Shown: positions 50,686 through 63,118, counted from the first letter of the stretch. The stretch is 64,000 bases of DNA from Chara braunii (GCA_003427395.1 BFEA01000024.1:500044-564043); one strand, 5' to 3'. Notes: generated from the letters alone by a model not told the origin. Numbers and translations: made by a program.

Positions 50686-51880
50686 TCAGGCGTCCATTAG
50701 ATCCAGATCTCTCTCCGGTGTTGCTTCGTCTTCATCGTTATTATGCGTGTTGCTTGTGCGTAGGATGGCCTCCTGCATCCGACTGCTGACCAGTCCCTTG
50801 ATAGTCTTCTCCCTGGTCTCGTATTCAATCTGTTCTTCATCACAAAGGCATTGTAGTTCAGCCATTGTCCTCGTACGGAGGAAGCTCTTCATACTCATGC
50901 AGTAGTCCACCACGTTCATCTTTGATCCCTCCGTTGTGATTTCTCTCCATCCCATCAACGAAGCCTCATTGTCCACCACCAGGTTTCTTCTGGTCTGCGA
51001 TCGTGTCCTTGGCGTCCGCGGTGTGGTAGGCTCCTCGATCCAGATCCCCAGATTCGGTTGTCTGACCCGCTTCTGAGATTTCGGTGGCCGCAGTGGTGTA
51101 CCCGGGGTTACTTCCCTCTGCCTCATTGCTGGTCGCGCAGAAGATGAAGGGGCGAATCGATCTTCTTCCAGGTCCTTTTCCCTGCGCGTCTGCTCCATCT
51201 CCCATTCTATCTCCTGCTCCATCACCTTTCTCTTTGCGCGTGCTTGTTCTTTCTCCTCCTTCAGTCTCCTTAGTTGCGCCAACTTATGCCGTAATTCTTC
51301 TCTCTCTTTCTTCGGGCTCTCCTCCCTAGCCAGCTCTTTCTCTAGATCCACCACTTCCCTTCTCAGTTTTCCAATGGCCTCACGTTGATGGTCTCTGGTC
51401 TGCATCTTCGATCTCATGTCTTCCATCTGGCCTAGCAACTTATCGTGCAGGGTCTTCAGTTGAGTGGTCATCCCTGTCATGAGTCTAGCATCGCGTAGCC
51501 CTCCTTGCCTATCTATCTCGCTCTTGTGTTGCCGATGCATTTCTTCTTCCCTTCTCTGCCTCTCCTCTTCCAGTTTTTGCCTTTCCTCGTCCTTCTGCCG
51601 ATCTTTCTTTCCTTCTTTCCCTTGCTAACTCTGAGCATAGTTCTCTCATCCAACTAATGTCCTCCATGTCCTTTTTCTGTTGCCACGTCAGGCCACTATA
51701 TCTGTAGTAACTACCTCCGCTATTCTCATTCTGGCTATTACTCGCCGTCGCGCCTGCACGTTGCGGGCAGTCCCGCGCAAAGTGGCCGTCCTTCCCGCAC
51801 GTATAGCACACCATTTTCGTACGTCCCTTCTCCGTCGTACTACCTCCCTCCGTCCACTGTTGATTCTCCCCGTCTCCCAC
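50686..51880 (-). CDS. PLE-2 ORF1: Gag-like CCHC knuckle, coiled coil, SAP/HeH-like tail (one frameshift near 51510-51600)
   Basis: CYTCGKDGHFARDC, long E/K/R helix, and MAELQCLCDEEQIEY, which resembles the PLE-1 ORF1 tail. Confidence 0.8.
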
Positions 51881-52185
51881 TACCTCCCAATTGCTATCGT
51901 TTATTCCCGTCCTCGCTCATTGCACGTCTAGCGACCACCGTTCTAGGTGTCCTTCCCAGTCAGTTATCGCCCCACTCCTCTTACTTGGAGTTTCCTTTCA
52001 CCACGAGTGTGGTCTCATGTACACAGATCACATACATTTATAGGAAGAAGAAGAAGAAGCGAGCGATTGCGACATGAAAAATCCAATAAGCTCAGTACAA
52101 CAACCCATTCCTCTCTCCATCCTCAACGCATGCAAGCTCATACATGGCACATTAGTGCCAGTCTCCTTCTACACACCTGCGGCTT

Positions 52186-52235
52186 CCCCCTACGCCGCGT
52201 TTTGATCAGTTGCCAGCTGATCATCATCAGGGGGG
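52186..52235 (-). ncRNA. Hammerhead in the PLE-2 5' pseudo-LTR, G12A variant (probably inactive)
   Basis: Same as 47332-47381 except plus-strand C>T at 52203, which turns GAAA into AAAA. Confidence 0.85.
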
Positions 52236-53004
52236 TCCCTCGAACCTCATATTAAAAACTGGCTACTTCGGAGTTGTTAGTTAAATACGTAGCCGCGTGC
52301 CAACACCCGCGGCTGGGCTGTAGCCGTTCCTAGTTTCCAATTATTCCTACTTTTTAACTTTGTACATCTACCCACCGTGACGTCCTACAAAGATTCCTCA
52401 TCTGACATCCTTATCCGTCGGCGTTGCGCTCTCTAAGATGTCCAGTCCGGCCAAATCTATGCCTGATTCCCCGTTTCCTACATTCGGGTCGGATTCACCC
52501 GGTAGTCCTTATCAGTCGGACGTTTTTCAAACGGTATCTTGCACAAGCCGCGTGTTGGATCTCTCAGTCTGGCCCTTCCCAAGTCCCATCCCCGCGAGCG
52601 GGCGCGTGTTCGAGTCCCACTGATGCCCCGTCCTCACCTTCTCTCTCTCTCTCCTCTCTCTCTCTCTCTTTCTCTCTTTTTCTCTCTCTCTCTCTCTCCA
52701 TGTTTTGCCCATCTTTTTACTAGGGTGCAAATCGCTACTTCACTTCTTGCTTCAACTAGTGTTATGAGCTTATTTCCACCATGTATTGTCTATTTCCTCA
52801 CTTCCTTGTGAAATGTCACTTCGATCTTTGTCTTTCAAAGCTTTGGGAGTGATTTTCTCTCACTCTCTCTCCATGTTTTGTCAATTTTTTTACTTTGTTG
52901 CAAATTGCTACTTCAATTTTTGCTTCAACTTGTGTTGTGAGCTTTTTTCCTTCATGTATTGTTTATTTCCTCACTTCCTTGTGAATCGTTACTTTGATTC
53001 TATG

Positions 53005-54199
53005 TCCTCGTAGGGTGCTTTGGCCTTTTTGTAGTTCCTCGCGCCTTTGAAATTGTGCCTGGCTGCGTGTGTTTAGAGTTTTTTTCCCACAAAGGAGTGA
53101 AGTCATTACCATTCCATTTTTTCCGAAACTAAAAGGAATTGCTATGATTTTACATAATCGAGGCAACCGTCAGGCTGTTATATAATGAAGTTTAACAACA
53201 AATTTTAACGTAACATATTTTCATAATGAAAACGGAGTCTATTTTGCATGTTTGAAAAACTCAAGCGTTTCGACTGGGATCTAATTTATACTTTGTGCCT
53301 CCAGGCGTAGGCTTATTGCAATTTGATGAAAAAAAAATTGGGATAAATAAAATGCGCATATCAAAATTTAAAACTTGTCGACAAATCTTGGAACATGTTG
53401 GACAAACAAAAAAACTTGCTTGGTTTGATTAACTGTAATGATAAGTAGATTATATGAGCATTTGATTCTTGATACAAACTAATTTTTTCTAGAAAATTGA
53501 TATTCAAGTAGGGTTGCCGGCGTTTGGGATGGGCCGAACGCCCGAACCNNNNNNNNNNNNNNNNNNNNNNNNNNNNNNNNNNNNNAGAATGAAATTATTG
53601 AGTGGGAGAGAACGTTTTGGACACCGCCATCTTCGGTGATTTTTCATTTTGTTTTGGCTATAACAAATGCCATGAAAATTTATATATGCGTATCTTACAT
53701 AATAGAGAATATACAAGTAAAGTTTGAAAAAATAATAATTTTTTTCATGTACGAAATAAAGGAAAAACAAAAAGTGAAAAGAGAGAAAAAACAAATTAGT
53801 GAGAGGTCAAGCAAGTTTTGACACCACCATCTTTGCCGATTTTTCATTTTTTTTTGGCTGAACAGAATGGCTTCAAAATTAAGAGGGAGATACCTTACAT
53901 CACAAAGAACTCACAAAAAATTGTTCAGAAACAAAAAATAATATTTAGGTGCCAAAATAAGTTTTTGCGGGTTCCGAACCCCTTCAGGTTCGGGCCCCGT
54001 ACGGGGACTCGAACGCCCGAACGCTCGAGGGTCAGCTTAACGGCCTCCGTACGTTCGGCCTGGAAATTCTGTATTCAAGAATATTTTTTCGTTTTTGTTC
54101 CTAATGATCGATTCACTAATACCCCAAGTTCCCTGAATTACAATGCACTATGCAAATACGCTCGGAAAAAAACAAACAAGGCCGAAGAATTTTCACAAA
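53005..54199. mobile_element. Candidate decayed DNA-transposon insertion in the satellite (hosts the hAT element)
   Basis: Non-satellite AT-rich block with weak inverted ends (gtgctttggcctttttgt versus acaaacaaggccgaagaat). Confidence 0.35.
53509..54071. mobile_element. hAT-type non-autonomous element
   Basis: Perfect 8-bp TSD tattcaag at 53501-53508 and 54072-54079. Left end tagggttgcc, degenerate right end ggaaattctg, subterminal cccgaac motifs. Contains an N gap. Confidence 0.8.
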
Positions 54200-54628
54200 T
54201 GTCTTTCCAGGCTTTGAGAGTGATTTTCTCTCACTCTCTCTTCATGTTTTGTCAATCTCTTTACTTGGTTGTAAATCGTTCCTTCACTTAAGCTTCCTTC
54301 CTCCATGTACTGTCTATTTCCTTACTTCCTTGTGAATCACTACTTTGATCATTGTTTTTCCATGCCTTGGAAGTGAGTTTTTCGCACTCTCTCTCCATGT
54401 TTTGTCTATCTCTTCACTTGGAGGTAAATTGCTACGTCACTTTTTACTTCAATTAGTATTGTGAGCTTCTTTCCACCATGTATTGTCTATTTCCTCACTT
54501 CTTTGTGAATCGCCACTTTGATCTTTGTCTTTTAAGGCTTTGGGAGTGATTTTCTCTCACTCTTTCTCCATGTTTTGTCCATCTTTTCACTTGGTTGCAA
54601 ATCACTACTTTACTTCTTGCTTCAACTA

Positions 54629-54827
54629 CCTTCTTCCCCTGAACATAACGCATATGTGTTATAAACAAATACAACGCACAAAGTGCATTTTATTCGAATA
54701 CAACGCATATGCGTTCAATTCGAATAGCCCTAAATTTCGAATACTACGCACATGCGTTCTTTCATTTTTTTTTTCAAATTCGAAAACTCAAATACAACGC
54801 ATATGCATTATGTTCGGGGGAAAAACG
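54629..54827. mobile_element. Tc1/mariner-type MITE (199 bp)
   Basis: ~35-bp TIRs (ccttcttcccctgaacataacgcatatg / catatgcattatgttcgggggaaaaacg) and TA duplication at the satellite site caac-TA-gtgtt. Confidence 0.85.
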
Positions 54828-55178
54828 TAGTGTTGTGAGTTCCTTTCCTCCATGTATTGTTTATGTCCTCGCTTCCTTGTGAATCGCCACTTTCATCTTT
54901 GTCTTTCCAAGGTTTGGGAGTGAGTTTCTCTCACTCTCTCTCCATGTTTTGTCCATCACTCCACTTGGCTGCAAATCGCTACTTCGATTTTTGCCTCTAA
55001 TAGCCTTGTGTGTGTGTTTTGTCATCCTTCTCTCCATGTTTTGTTCAATCTTCCACTTGGGTGTAATTCACTACTTGTGTTCTTGCTTCAACTAGTGTTG
55101 TAAGCTTCATTTCCTCATGCCTTGTTTAGTTTTTCGCTTCCATGTGAATTGCTACTTCGATTCTCGCCTCCACTAGCC

Positions 55179-58100
55179 TTTTTTTTTTTTTTTTTTTTTT
55201 TTGAACAAAACAGAACCTCTCGGTTCTGGCTCCTGCCATTCTTGGGAGCAACAATCTGGTTCCTATTCCCCCGGCAAGTCAAGGATGAATACAAAGTTTA
55301 CCACGCACACTCTTCCCCATTATGGTTGGGAGGCCCAAGTGGACGACATTGATTACTTCCTTTAGGGAAGGATGTACCACCCCTTACCCGTGCCTAAGTT
55401 AGCCTGCATGACTTAGTTTTTGTCTATTGTGGGTAAACTTACTTCTGTTAAGTTTGATTGAAGCGATTGGCTTGTATACCGAGGCTCGACTAGCTTACTC
55501 CTCTCAGCTATTCGGTTGCCTTATCAGAATTAAGTTCTTGAGACGCTAGCCCGCCTGGTTTGCAAACTAGGTGTGACTGTCTACTTTGTTTGTCTCTGTA
55601 GGTAGCTTTTGACGTCTATTCATAAAACCCTAAACCCTATGCTCTATCCTTCACTGCCTCTCTGTCAATTTTCTAGATTTGGAGCTGATTTGTGCTATTA
55701 TCTGTTTGAGGCGTCTCTACTGAGTTGGCCTGATCTATTTTGGAGTAGTCTATATTACTCGGGGTAATGGGTTCCCTATAGAGGTTGGTTGTGTCCTTAT
55801 TTACCTTTATTACTTGCCTGCTATAAGTCTGAATTCTAGCATGGTTAGTAAAGGAGCTTTACTTTACATTTGGCACTACGTTGTTAGTAGGAAGGGATAA
55901 TAGAAGTTGTTGGATGTGTTACGACTTATCTAAATGGGGATTGTCACAGGAGTCCTTGATCTGAGGATGCGTTGGCCGATTGTGCCGAGAGGGGGTTGGA
56001 GGTGTTGTGATTTAGTTGGTCTAGGTTTTGGCTTCTCCAAACTAGGGAGAATTCATGTGGATAATGAAGGAGTCTGGTATGCTGTTGAAGGATTCTGTGT
56101 CTGGTTGGAAGGCCTGGGGGGCGCCTTCCCAGAGTGTAAAGATTAGACTTTGACTCTTGATGTGAGCTATCTTACCCTTTGCTAAGAAGTTCTCTTCGAA
56201 GTTTTGTTTTTGTTCCTTTGCGGTGGGTTCGTTTGTTTCCATTCCTCTTCTTACTTTACAACATATACCCAATATTCAGTTTATCCCTGTCATTGTATCA
56301 GGCGCCATACTTCGTTTAAGTGCATTGGTTGCTTGCTTAATGTTTCTTAGCATCTTTTTCTCCCGATGGCCCAAAGTGTTTCTTTTCTAAGGATCTGGAA
56401 GAAGTTATTTTGTTGTTTGGTCCAGTCGTCAGGTGTTGTGAAACCCAACAGTAGTAGGGTATGGTTTGCTGTGAAGGCCGTGGATATAACTGAGTTACTA
56501 ATCTTCACTACTTCAGCCCAAATCGGTTTTATCTTGGGGCAAAGTATAAAGCAGTGAAAAAGATCCTCTATCTGACCCTCCTGGCTGTTAGCACACCATT
56601 CTTTCAAGGGGCTCCTGTCCTCTTTTCTCCTTCTAGCATTCAACTATTGATTCAGAAGGATGGCTAGGTACAATGTTAGCCATTGCAGACTCCTGAATTT
56701 GGGAGGGTGTAGAGATGTGATTTGGTTCCACGGGATCTGGGCTAGTTTTTCGGGGTCTACTTCTAAATGTTTCCACCATCGTTCAACTATGATTGGTTCC
56801 GGGGCTACTAATCTACGTCTTAGTATGTATCCTAATCTAGTTGTGTATTGCAAAATGTTGAATTTGAGGTTCATACCTGATGGGCTCTGTTTGAGGTTCC
56901 CTGCCCATTCAACCGGGTTTATTTCTAAGTCCTCTTTGTGGGTGATATGAAGTGCGTTCCTCATTTTCTATTACTTTGATTTTCCTAAGTTGATCCTCTC
57001 TGACCGAGATCCATGTTGTCGAGTCTTTGTTGACTTTGCTGATCTCCATGCCTGACTCTTCCAACTTGTGCATGGTGAAGTTGTACCAATTGTTTCTTCC
57101 TTCTATCCTTCCTGAAAAAGCTAGAGCATGTTCTCGGGGGATGATTTGTGGAATTATTGCCCAGTCTCCAATTGCCCATTGCCTGTTTTTTTGAAGGACA
57201 AGGCCCCATTCTTTTGGTATGGCTTCTATCATTTGTTGGAGATTTTGGGCTAAGTTGTGGTTTCCTTTGAGTTTGCTGCGGAGTTGTCTGAAGTTCACCC
57301 AATCTTTCCTATCTTCGTCCCATATATGTTTGATTTGCCAAATTCCCTTTTCTAGCCAAGTACCCCATTTCGAGTCCTTTGCGGTAAGGGTGAATGGCGT
57401 TTCGGTGTTGGATAGTATCAATGGGTTGCAGAAGAGGGGTTGTCTGAGTATTTCTTCCTTGGTGCGTGGGTGTTTGACCCTGGCAGGGAAATTTTATCTC
57501 CATACATTGAGTATTGTTCTCCAGAACCTTAGTCTTGGTTGGTTTCGTGTCTGATCTTGGCTTAAAGCTTTTACTTGTTCACTATCCAAAAGGTGCCTTC
57601 CATGTTTCCTGGTGTGTTGTTGACCGAAAGTTGTTGTAGGCCCTCTAAGGCCAACGGTCGCCACGAGAGTTTAGGACTATTTATTAGCTTTAGGATCCAT
57701 TTTGTTTGGAGCAATTTTATTTGAGTGGCTGGATCCAGTACTCCCAATCCCCCTTGGCTTTTTTTCCTAGTCACATATTGACATGCTACCTTTGTAATGA
57801 AATGTTGTTTGGAGGCATCCCTGTCCAGAGATAGACCGAGGCCTTCCTTTGTATATCCTTTATTGCTTTCTAGTTCGGGGACTAGAAGGCTGCCACATAC
57901 CACATCATTGAAAATATAGATAAGTTTAACACTAAGGCTCGATGTGTGTATCTTCCCCCAGGTACTTAGTTTGCTGATCATTTTTGTCAGTAGAGTGGGT
58001 GCCATTTCTGTCGCTGGACCCATCTCTGTCATTTGTATTCCTAGGAGTCTGATGGGATCATTGGGGTCAGTCCATGTCATTCCCTCGGGGGTTTCTGATG

Positions 58101-61100
58101 GCACTTTCAAGTTGTCTACTGTTAGCCACCAACCTATTGTTTTCTGCCAGTTGATACGCATTTCGGAAGCTAGTTGGAATGCGCTCATAGCTCTGGTCAG
58201 GGACTGAAAGGATGAGGAGGAGGCTCTTATTAGTATTGTCGGATCATCTGCAAATAGGATTGTAGGAGGGATGTGATAGCTATGTGAGTTTTCTTCTGGT
58301 TGATCGGTGAGCCTATGGATGGAGGGATCTTTTCTTAGGAGTGATGCTATGACCTCCATTATGAAAAGGAAGATGGGTGCAGCCAAAGGGTCCCCCTGTC
58401 TGACGGAGCGGGACATCTTGTATGTGTTGGATATATGGTCATTCACTTGTACGGCTCCTAGGGCATCATTATATAGCACACGCACCTATTTTCTAAAATT
58501 GGGGCCTACTCCCATTGTTTTCATGCATTGTTGAAGGAAGTCCCAATTGACTTGGTCATAGGCTTTTTCGAAGTCGAAGAAGAGGATAGTTGCGTTCATT
58601 CTTTTGTCTTTGATGTATCTTACAGGCTAGAGTCATTACATTGTGTAGGATAAATCTACCCGGGATGAAGCCCGTTTGGTCAATGTGAAAACAGTTTTTG
58701 GTGATCTTCCTTATTCTATTTGCTAGCAATTTGGCTAGGATTTTGTACGCAATTGTTAATGGGTGATAGGTCCGTAGTTTTTTATGTCGGTGGGGTCTCC
58801 CTTCTTATAAAGTAGCGTGACTATACATGTATTTAAGAATGGTCCCAAACCTTCCTTATCCCATGCTGTCTTGATAAAGTTTCTGAATTATTCCCCTAGA
58901 AGGGGCCAATATGATGGGGGGGTTGTCTAGTTCAGGTGTTTGCATAATTTTTCCCTGGCTTGCAGGACTAACTTGGGAGTGGGACTTCCACTCTTGGACT
59001 AGTAGAGTGCTTTGTAGAAGGATTCTGCTATTTTGGTTGGGTTTGACGAGAGTCCTTTCTCATCTCTTAGTTGTTGTATGGCTGAGTTTCTTTCTCTATA
59101 TTTGATTTTCTGAAGAAGAACTGGGTTATTTTTTCGCCTTCTTCCCATTCTTTAATTCTTGCTCTCAGTCTCAGTCCGTTCGCTCTCCATGCATTCCAGT
59201 TAGCCAACTTTGATCTGGCTCTAGACAATAGCTCCTCATAAGTAGAGACTCCCGGGTTGATCATGAGATTTGTTTGCGCGAGGTTAACCGTTGCTTCTAG
59301 TTCTCTTATGCCTTGATTTGTTCTGGCTGCTAGTTTTCTAGACACTGCTAATGTTGTTTTTGACAAGTTGCTTACTAAGGTTGGGAAATCTGGTTCTTCC
59401 TTCTCTGAGTCTATGCATGCCTATACTATTTCTTCTTTCAATTCTTTTCTATTTAGTATGGAGTTATTAATCTTGAAGAAGCCCGACCCTTTTTGTACCC
59501 CTGGGTCAAAAAGAAAATCTATAAATATTGGGTTGTGATCTAAGCCGCTATGATAGGGTAGTTTTCCTATTCCTGTATTGAGGACCGTTTCTTTGAGAGA
59601 GTCTGATATTAGGAAATAGTCTATAGCTGAGCTTAAGATGTGTTGGGTTCTATTTCTTTTTCTGTGTGTTATTCTATAAGACACCGGGTGTAGTGTTCTG
59701 AGTGGTTCTGTTAATTTTCTTTCTACCATTAAGGCTTGTATTGTCTGGGCTTCTGTTTGGAGTGAGTAGTCACAGTCTCCTTGTGAGCACGAGATTTTGT
59801 CCCTAGCTGGGTCTAGAGTATTGTTCTAGTTGCCTGCTAGCACTATGTGTTGTTGTCCTCGCATATAACTGTTATGTTTTGAATAAAATCACGTCTATGA
59901 GGGAGGTCGTTAGGGGCATAGACATTTATTAATTGGAATGATTCTTCCTTGTAATTAAAATGTGATTCTATCCATATTCCGTTGACTTGGTCTAGTCTGC
60001 TCCCTACCATCTCAATTAGGTTGGTTGCTCTTGAGTTTTGATGCCATAGGATTGTTGTTCCTGCTGAACCTGCTCTCGAAGAGGGGGCCCAGAGACCTAA
60101 GCGTACATGCTTTAGTCTGGCTGAAATTTAGTTAATTATGGCTTTATTTTCCGAAGAGTCTGATAGGTGTGTTTCTTGAAGGCAAACTATGTCGGGTGGG
60201 TTCCTTGTAAACCAGTTCATGTAGCTAACCATATTGTCCCATTTTTTTGTGTTCGTTAATATTGTTGCTAGCCCATTAACGTTCCATGACAGCATTGACA
60301 ATTCAGGCTCTTTGTGTTTGACGGAGTAATGCTTGAACTGACCCTCCCCTTGGAAACCCCCTGGCCGGGGTTGTGTTGTCATGGGATGCTAAGTGGGCAG
60401 ACATGCCTTTGCTTGATACTATAGAGGTTTAGTTGAAAAGGGACTCGTTGTAGTGAGCGAGGTGGACCTTGACCTATTGGGCCTTTGCATCCAGAATTTG
60501 GTTGAGATGGTCCTCCCTACCGCCAAACATTGTAGGCCTTCAACTATTGATGTTGAGACTGCAACTCTTTCTGCGGGAATTTCCCCTCCCATGAGACCAT
60601 AGGGGATTGCATGCAGCACCGTCCATGGTTTCCAGACAGTGTGGTCCATGAGTTGGGCTTCCATTGAGTAGCGCACCATGTAGGGTCTCAAGTCACTAAG
60701 CAAGATGTCACCTGCTTCGTCCAACCATTCCTCCCTCCAGTCTTCCTTTGATCCTAGAATGTGTGCTGCTACCGGTGCGTCCTTGAATATGTTGGCAGCT
60801 AAAACCTTGTTGGATGGGCTGGCCAAGGCTATGAGGGACCATCATTCGACCACAACGATCTCCCAATCAGCGTGCTCCTCATTCCATCGGTAGGGTAGTA
60901 CTACTCTTTTCCTGCACCCTCCCGTGGCTTCCGACTTGGCTGCTGTGAGGATCTCTGTGTTCTGTCCTAGAGCTAGCCCTTGCTGATTAATAGTGTCGTC
61001 AGCTGTTCCTCTGTTCTGATCTCTGAGGACCGTGGTCTGAGCATGTAAAATTTCCTTTTGTCTATCCAGATCTTCTCTTGTGGTGAGGTGGATGTCTTCG

Positions 61101-62345
61101 TTCGCTGTCCCTTCCACCTGGGTCAAACCGGTTGGATTCTTTTGTTCTCTCCCTTCAGCTCTCTTTGCTTTCTTGCTTGGGTGGATGTTGTCCAATTTTG
61201 TGTACACCTTTGGACATTGAATGAATTATGTGTGGTTGCCAACTGTCTCCCTGCTTGGTATAGTCTGTGTTTCTGCAAAGAATTCGGACAATTCCTTTTC
61301 CTTTTCCAGTATTTCATACTGGTTTTGGGTTGGGATTTGGCTGATGGGGTCGGCTTGATTGAAGATAAAGTTTTGCAGATTGAGGAGGTGCCTTTCGTGT
61401 GCCATTCGCACTTCAAATTCGACTTCCCTTTCTCTTTCGAGCCTCTTGACATAGTCTTTGAGCCATTGAAGTGAGTTTTATTTTCCTCCCTCTTCCTGCT
61501 CGCCTGGTTCCTCGTCTTGTAGATCTGTGTTTTCCCACTTTGAGTCTTGGGACATCTTGTCTTCCTCCTCTTCACCTACCAGCTCGTTAGTTTTGTCTAA
61601 CTGTCCCCCCGCAATGCCTTCCTTCCCCTTTTCTCCTTCCTTTGCAACCATCGAGTCTTTGTTGTCTTCCTCATTCTCCCCTTGTGTCTTCTTGGTCTCC
61701 TTCCTTTCTGCCCGCCTCCATTTGGTCTGTTGTGGAGGTTGTCTCATTGGTTTTGCTTACTTTATTGGTAGTCAAGTTGTTTGCTGATTGGGTTGGGGTG
61801 GTTTGATCATCCTTTCGTTTGAGTGGTTTGGTTGTGTTCTTTGCGGAATGATTCCCCTTTGTGCAAGCGTCTTTCTGTTCCTCCTTTTGAGTATCGTCTC
61901 TTTGTGCTTTTTCTGCACCCAACACTTTTCCTCTTGCTTGTAAGTTCTCAATGAATGCCTTTTCTGCTGAGATCCCTGTTCCAACGAGTTCCTGCCAAAT
62001 GTCTTTCCTTTGTTTGTCTTCCATGATCCCTTGTGGGTCCAAGCATTGTTTTCTTAGGAAGCCGCCGTTCTTGTCTTCAATTCGCTTTGACCCTTTCTTT
62101 TGCCACTAACTTCCGAAGGCTGGGTAGATGTCCGGTTGGTTGATCGGTTCTTGCTCCAACGTCCATATCCATTTGCGTTCCACTGGTGTGTCGTCGAACA
62201 CCCATCCTCTGTAGGCTGGATTGTTGACGAACCACAGGCCTGCCTTGGAGTCACATTCAACCAGGTGGGCCTGAATTTGGCCTGGTTTGGCTCCTCTTTC
62301 CCTATTGAGGTGGTAGTTTTTGTGTTTGTGTTTTGTCATATTTAT
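55179..62345 (-). mobile_element. L1-like LINE, 5'-truncated, decayed, with poly(A) tail
   Basis: T24 at 55179-55202. ORF2 fragments: APE (SWNVNGL, IVCLQETHL, IDYFLIS..LDHNPI), RT (DFEKAYD near 58555-58575, VRQGDPLA, LFADD) and C-terminal EDLFHCFILCP. ORF1 fragments at 60419-62339. Satellite on both flanks. Confidence 0.93.
56042..60382 (-). pseudogene. LINE ORF2 (APE-RT-Zn finger)
   Basis: Motifs as above, spread over many broken ORFs. Confidence 0.9.
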
Positions 62346-62491
62346 GTTTAATTCTCCACTTAGGTGTAATTCGCTCTTTGTGCTCTTACTTCAACTAGTG
62401 TTGTGAGCTTCATTTCCTCATGCTTTGTCTAGTTCTCCACTTCCATGTAAATCGCTACTTTGATTCTTGCCTCCACTAATCATATGGAGAT

Positions 62492-63118
62492 GCCTTGTCA
62501 AGTTTCTCTCATGATTTTCATCAATCTTTCACTTGGTAGTATTTCGCTTTACCCTTGAGTGCTTCTTCTAGTCATGTGCATGTGCCTTATCAAGTTTTTC
62601 TCATGGTTTCCATCAATCTTTCATTTGGTAGTATTCTGCTTCACTCTTGAGTGTTTCGGCTAGTCATGTGCATGTGCTTTGTCAAGTTTCTCTCATGGTT
62701 TTCCATCAATCTTCCACTTGGTAATATTTCGCTTCACTCTTGAGTGCTTCTTCTAGTCATATGCATATGCCTTTTCAAGTTTCTCTCATGATTTCCATCA
62801 ATCTTTCACTTGTTAGTATTTCGCTTCACCCTTGAGTGCTTCTTCTAGTCATGTGCATGTGCCTTGTCAAGTTTTCTCTTAGTTTCTGTCAATCTTCCAC
62901 TTCGTAGTATTCCGCTTCACTCTTGAGTGCTTCGTCTAGTCATGTGCATGTGCTTTGTCAAGTTTCTCTCATGGTTTCCATCAATCTTCCACTTGTTAAT
63001 ATTTTGCTTCACTCTCGAGTGCTTCTTCTAATCATCTGCATGCGTTTTGTCAAGTTTCTCTCGTGGTATCCATCAATCTTCCACTTGGTAATATTTCGCT
63101 TCACACTTGAGTGCTTCA
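62492..63118. repeat. ~92-bp tandem repeat, about 6.8 copies
   Basis: Unit starts at 62492, 62584, 62676, 62769, 62861, 62952 and 63044. Confidence 0.93.

Larger units (their letters stand above)
47117..52698 (-). mobile_element. Penelope-like retroelement PLE-2, near-intact, with ~700-bp direct pseudo-LTRs
   Basis: Direct repeats at 47127-47828 and 51981-52698. No TG..CA ends, PBS or PPT were seen. Two ORFs, a hammerhead in each repeat, and insertion into the (TC)n of the satellite. Confidence 0.93.
46810..55178. repeat. ~172-bp satellite array interrupted by several TEs (pieces at 46810-47050, 52690-53005, 54200-54628, 54828-55178; resumes at 62348-62480)
   Basis: Unit tttgggagtgagtttctctcactctctctccatgttttgtccat...gatctttgtctttc recurs at 46858/47031 and 54366/54538. 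Confidence 0.85.

Noticed and set aside
47127-52698. PLE-2 as an LTR retrotransposon or DIRS element
   Set aside because: No TG..CA ends, PBS, PPT, protease, RNase H, integrase or tyrosine recombinase. The RT motifs and GIY-YIG are PLE-type.
62492-63118. CRISPR-like array
   Set aside because: The units are contiguous with no unique spacers, and the context is a eukaryotic satellite.
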